Assembly (NCBI RefSeq): GCF_947568905.1
Contig: NC_079164.1
Location: 59,892,001-59,956,000 of the forward strand
Direction: 5' to 3'
DNA from: Ostrea edulis
Taxonomy: Eukaryota
Length of the DNA stretch: 64,000 nucleotides
Made by a program: the position numbers and the translations under genes. Below are positions 62,175 to 64,000 of the stretch, in pieces (within the stretch, counting starts at the first letter, position 1; each line of letters opens with the position of its first letter). The notes under the pieces were generated by a model. The model was not told the origin of the DNA, searched no databases, and saw only the letters and a program-made list of their open reading frames with translations.

Positions 62175-63390
62175 AACCACACAGACATATTGACATAATT
62201 CTCCAGCTGAAAACGGACCACATTGACAGACTAAACCAGACATATTGACATAATTCTCAAGCTGAAAACGGAATACAGTGAAACTTCTCCAAACCGGCCC
62301 CTCAAGAAACCGGTTCTCCCTGAATATCGGCCGATTTTCAAAGTCCAGGCAGAAATCTTAACATTTCCTTATAAAGAAAGTCTTACAAAACCGGCCACCC
62401 CTGTAAACCGGACATCAGCCACTTTTGAAAGTACATTTGTTAACAAACATGTGTAATTTACCCTTAACATACCGGCCACTTTTTGAAGACAAGAAAAGTT
62501 TGGCCAGAGATTGATCAATATCGTCCAGGTGTGCAAATTGACTGACAGACTGGCCAGGTGAAAAACACTAGTGACCTCTTTAATTTCTATTGTTTACCTG
62601 TGCTCACAAGGGTGTTAATTGGCACTTAGCTAATCCAAGAGACCCTTCCAAGTTCAGTACAAAATGTAAAAAACAGTTAGGAACATAATGAATGAATACA
62701 GTATCAAACGCCATATTTTTGCACCACACTATCGTATGGATATAAGCAGTAGTTAATAAAGAACAAGCCCATGACAGTTAATGATAATTATTAAAAGATA
62801 GATTAATTTTCTTGGTTTCCATACACTTAAAATTCCAAAGAAATATTCAAATTATAATTTCATATTTACTACTGTACTTTTTAAAAACGTCAAAACAAAA
62901 TTGTTAATGACATAAGCGGTGAATGTAAACAGAGTTTTTATAGGTAAGAGGAATTCCAATAATAGGCCTCTGTGTTTTCTTTATGTATCCTGTTATAGAT
63001 TTTCAGTTTTAAATTAGATGATTTCAGCGAGAATATTTTTTGTAATTCATAATTACCTTTAGGTACAAGCGGACTTATTTAATCTCCACCGATAATTGAT
63101 CATAGATCACCAGATCAAAGTGAACAGTACCTACTTTGTGAATATTGAGATAAAACGTCTATAATTGCTAAATTCTCGGTATACCGGCCATCCCTCTAAA
63201 CCGGCCGTTTTTTACGGTCCGAGAGCCGGCCGGTTTAGAGAAGTTTCACTGTACATTGACCACACTAAACAAGACATAATTCTCAAGCTGAAAACGGAAC
63301 ACATTGACCAGACTAAACCAGACATACTGACATAATTCTCACGCTGAAAACGGAACACACTGACCAGACTAAACCAGACATGCTGACATT
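62175..63390. repeat. About 53-bp tandem repeat split by a MITE
   Basis: cattgaccagactaaaccagacatattgacataattctcaagctgaaaacggaa at 62175-62275 and 63254-63390. Confidence 0.85.
62276..63251. mobile_element. Non-autonomous Tc1/pogo-type MITE
   Basis: TIR cagtgaaacttctc(c/t)aaaccggcc, TA TSD on both sides. Confidence 0.85.
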
Positions 63391-63407
63391 ACAACCATAT
63401 AAACAGG

Positions 63408-64000
63408 AACAAGAGGCCCAAGGGCCTAGAATCGCTCTTCTGATAAATTGTACAACCCCAACATTTCTATTCTTAGCCTCTTAGCATTCTAAATCTTTAG
63501 TTAAATCCTAAGAATTCAAAAAAAGTAGGTGAATGTGACCAACTTTTTGGTTTACACATTTTGAGAACCCAAGAAATATCAACTGACAAAGTTTGATGAT
63601 TTTAAGCCAATTAGTATCTGAATATTGAAATATAGCTGTCAAATTCCAATCGTAGGTCATGGTGACCTACTTTTTGGTCATCGAACTCCGAACATGCAAG
63701 ACCCATCAACTGACAAAGTTTGATGACTGTAGGTCAAATAGTATCTGAAATATATAAATATAGCCGTCAAATTCCAAAAGTAGGTCAAGGTGACCTACTT
63801 TTTGGTCGACACACTCCGTTGACTCAAGATGCATCAACTGTCAAAGTTTGATGATTGTAGGTCAAATAGTGTCTGAAATATAGTAATTTAGCTGTCAAAT
63901 ACCAAAAGTAGGTCACGGTGACCTACTTTTTGGTCGACACAAACCGAAGACGAAGACGCATCAACTGACAAAGTTTGATGATCCTAGGTTTTACAGTGCC
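63408..64000. mobile_element. Helitron/Helentron-type element with about 120-bp repeats (continues beyond the window)
   Basis: Starts aacaagaggcccaagggcc; repeats aagtaggtca(a/c)ggtgacctactttttggtc..catcaactgacaaagtttgatga. Confidence 0.6.

Noticed and set aside
61244-64000. Search for upstream SEPT2 exons (G4 AKAD, G3 DTPG, G1)
   Set aside because: No matching exon found by eye; they presumably lie beyond the right edge.

Overview
AT-rich eukaryotic genomic DNA, most likely from an oyster or other bivalve, judging by the Helentron-type repeats with 166-bp monomers. This assignment is inferred, not confirmed by any database search. The window holds two head-to-tail, minus-strand, multi-exon septin genes of the SEPT2 group. 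(1) The 3' part of a SEPT2-like gene: five coding exons at 61243-49686, its 5' exons lying beyond the right edge, and a predicted spliced 3'-UTR exon ending near 42900. (2) A SEPT4/5-like gene: eight contiguous in-phase GTPase-domain exons at 11423-116, its C-terminal exons beyond the left edge, with several candidate alternative N-terminal exons spread over 16-34 kb. I obtained the exons by reading the reverse complement by hand; all GTPase-domain exons have AG/GT boundaries with matching phases. Introns and intergenic DNA are packed with minisatellites and non-autonomous DNA transposons (IS3EU-like, Mutator-like, hAT, Kolobok, pogo-like, Helentron-type), plus one decayed mariner. Nearly all long ORFs in the supplied track are artefacts of these repeats. 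The most striking pattern is that tandem repeats are repeatedly built from the splice junctions themselves. One 24-bp array offers about 21 in-frame alternative donors just before switch I of the septin.
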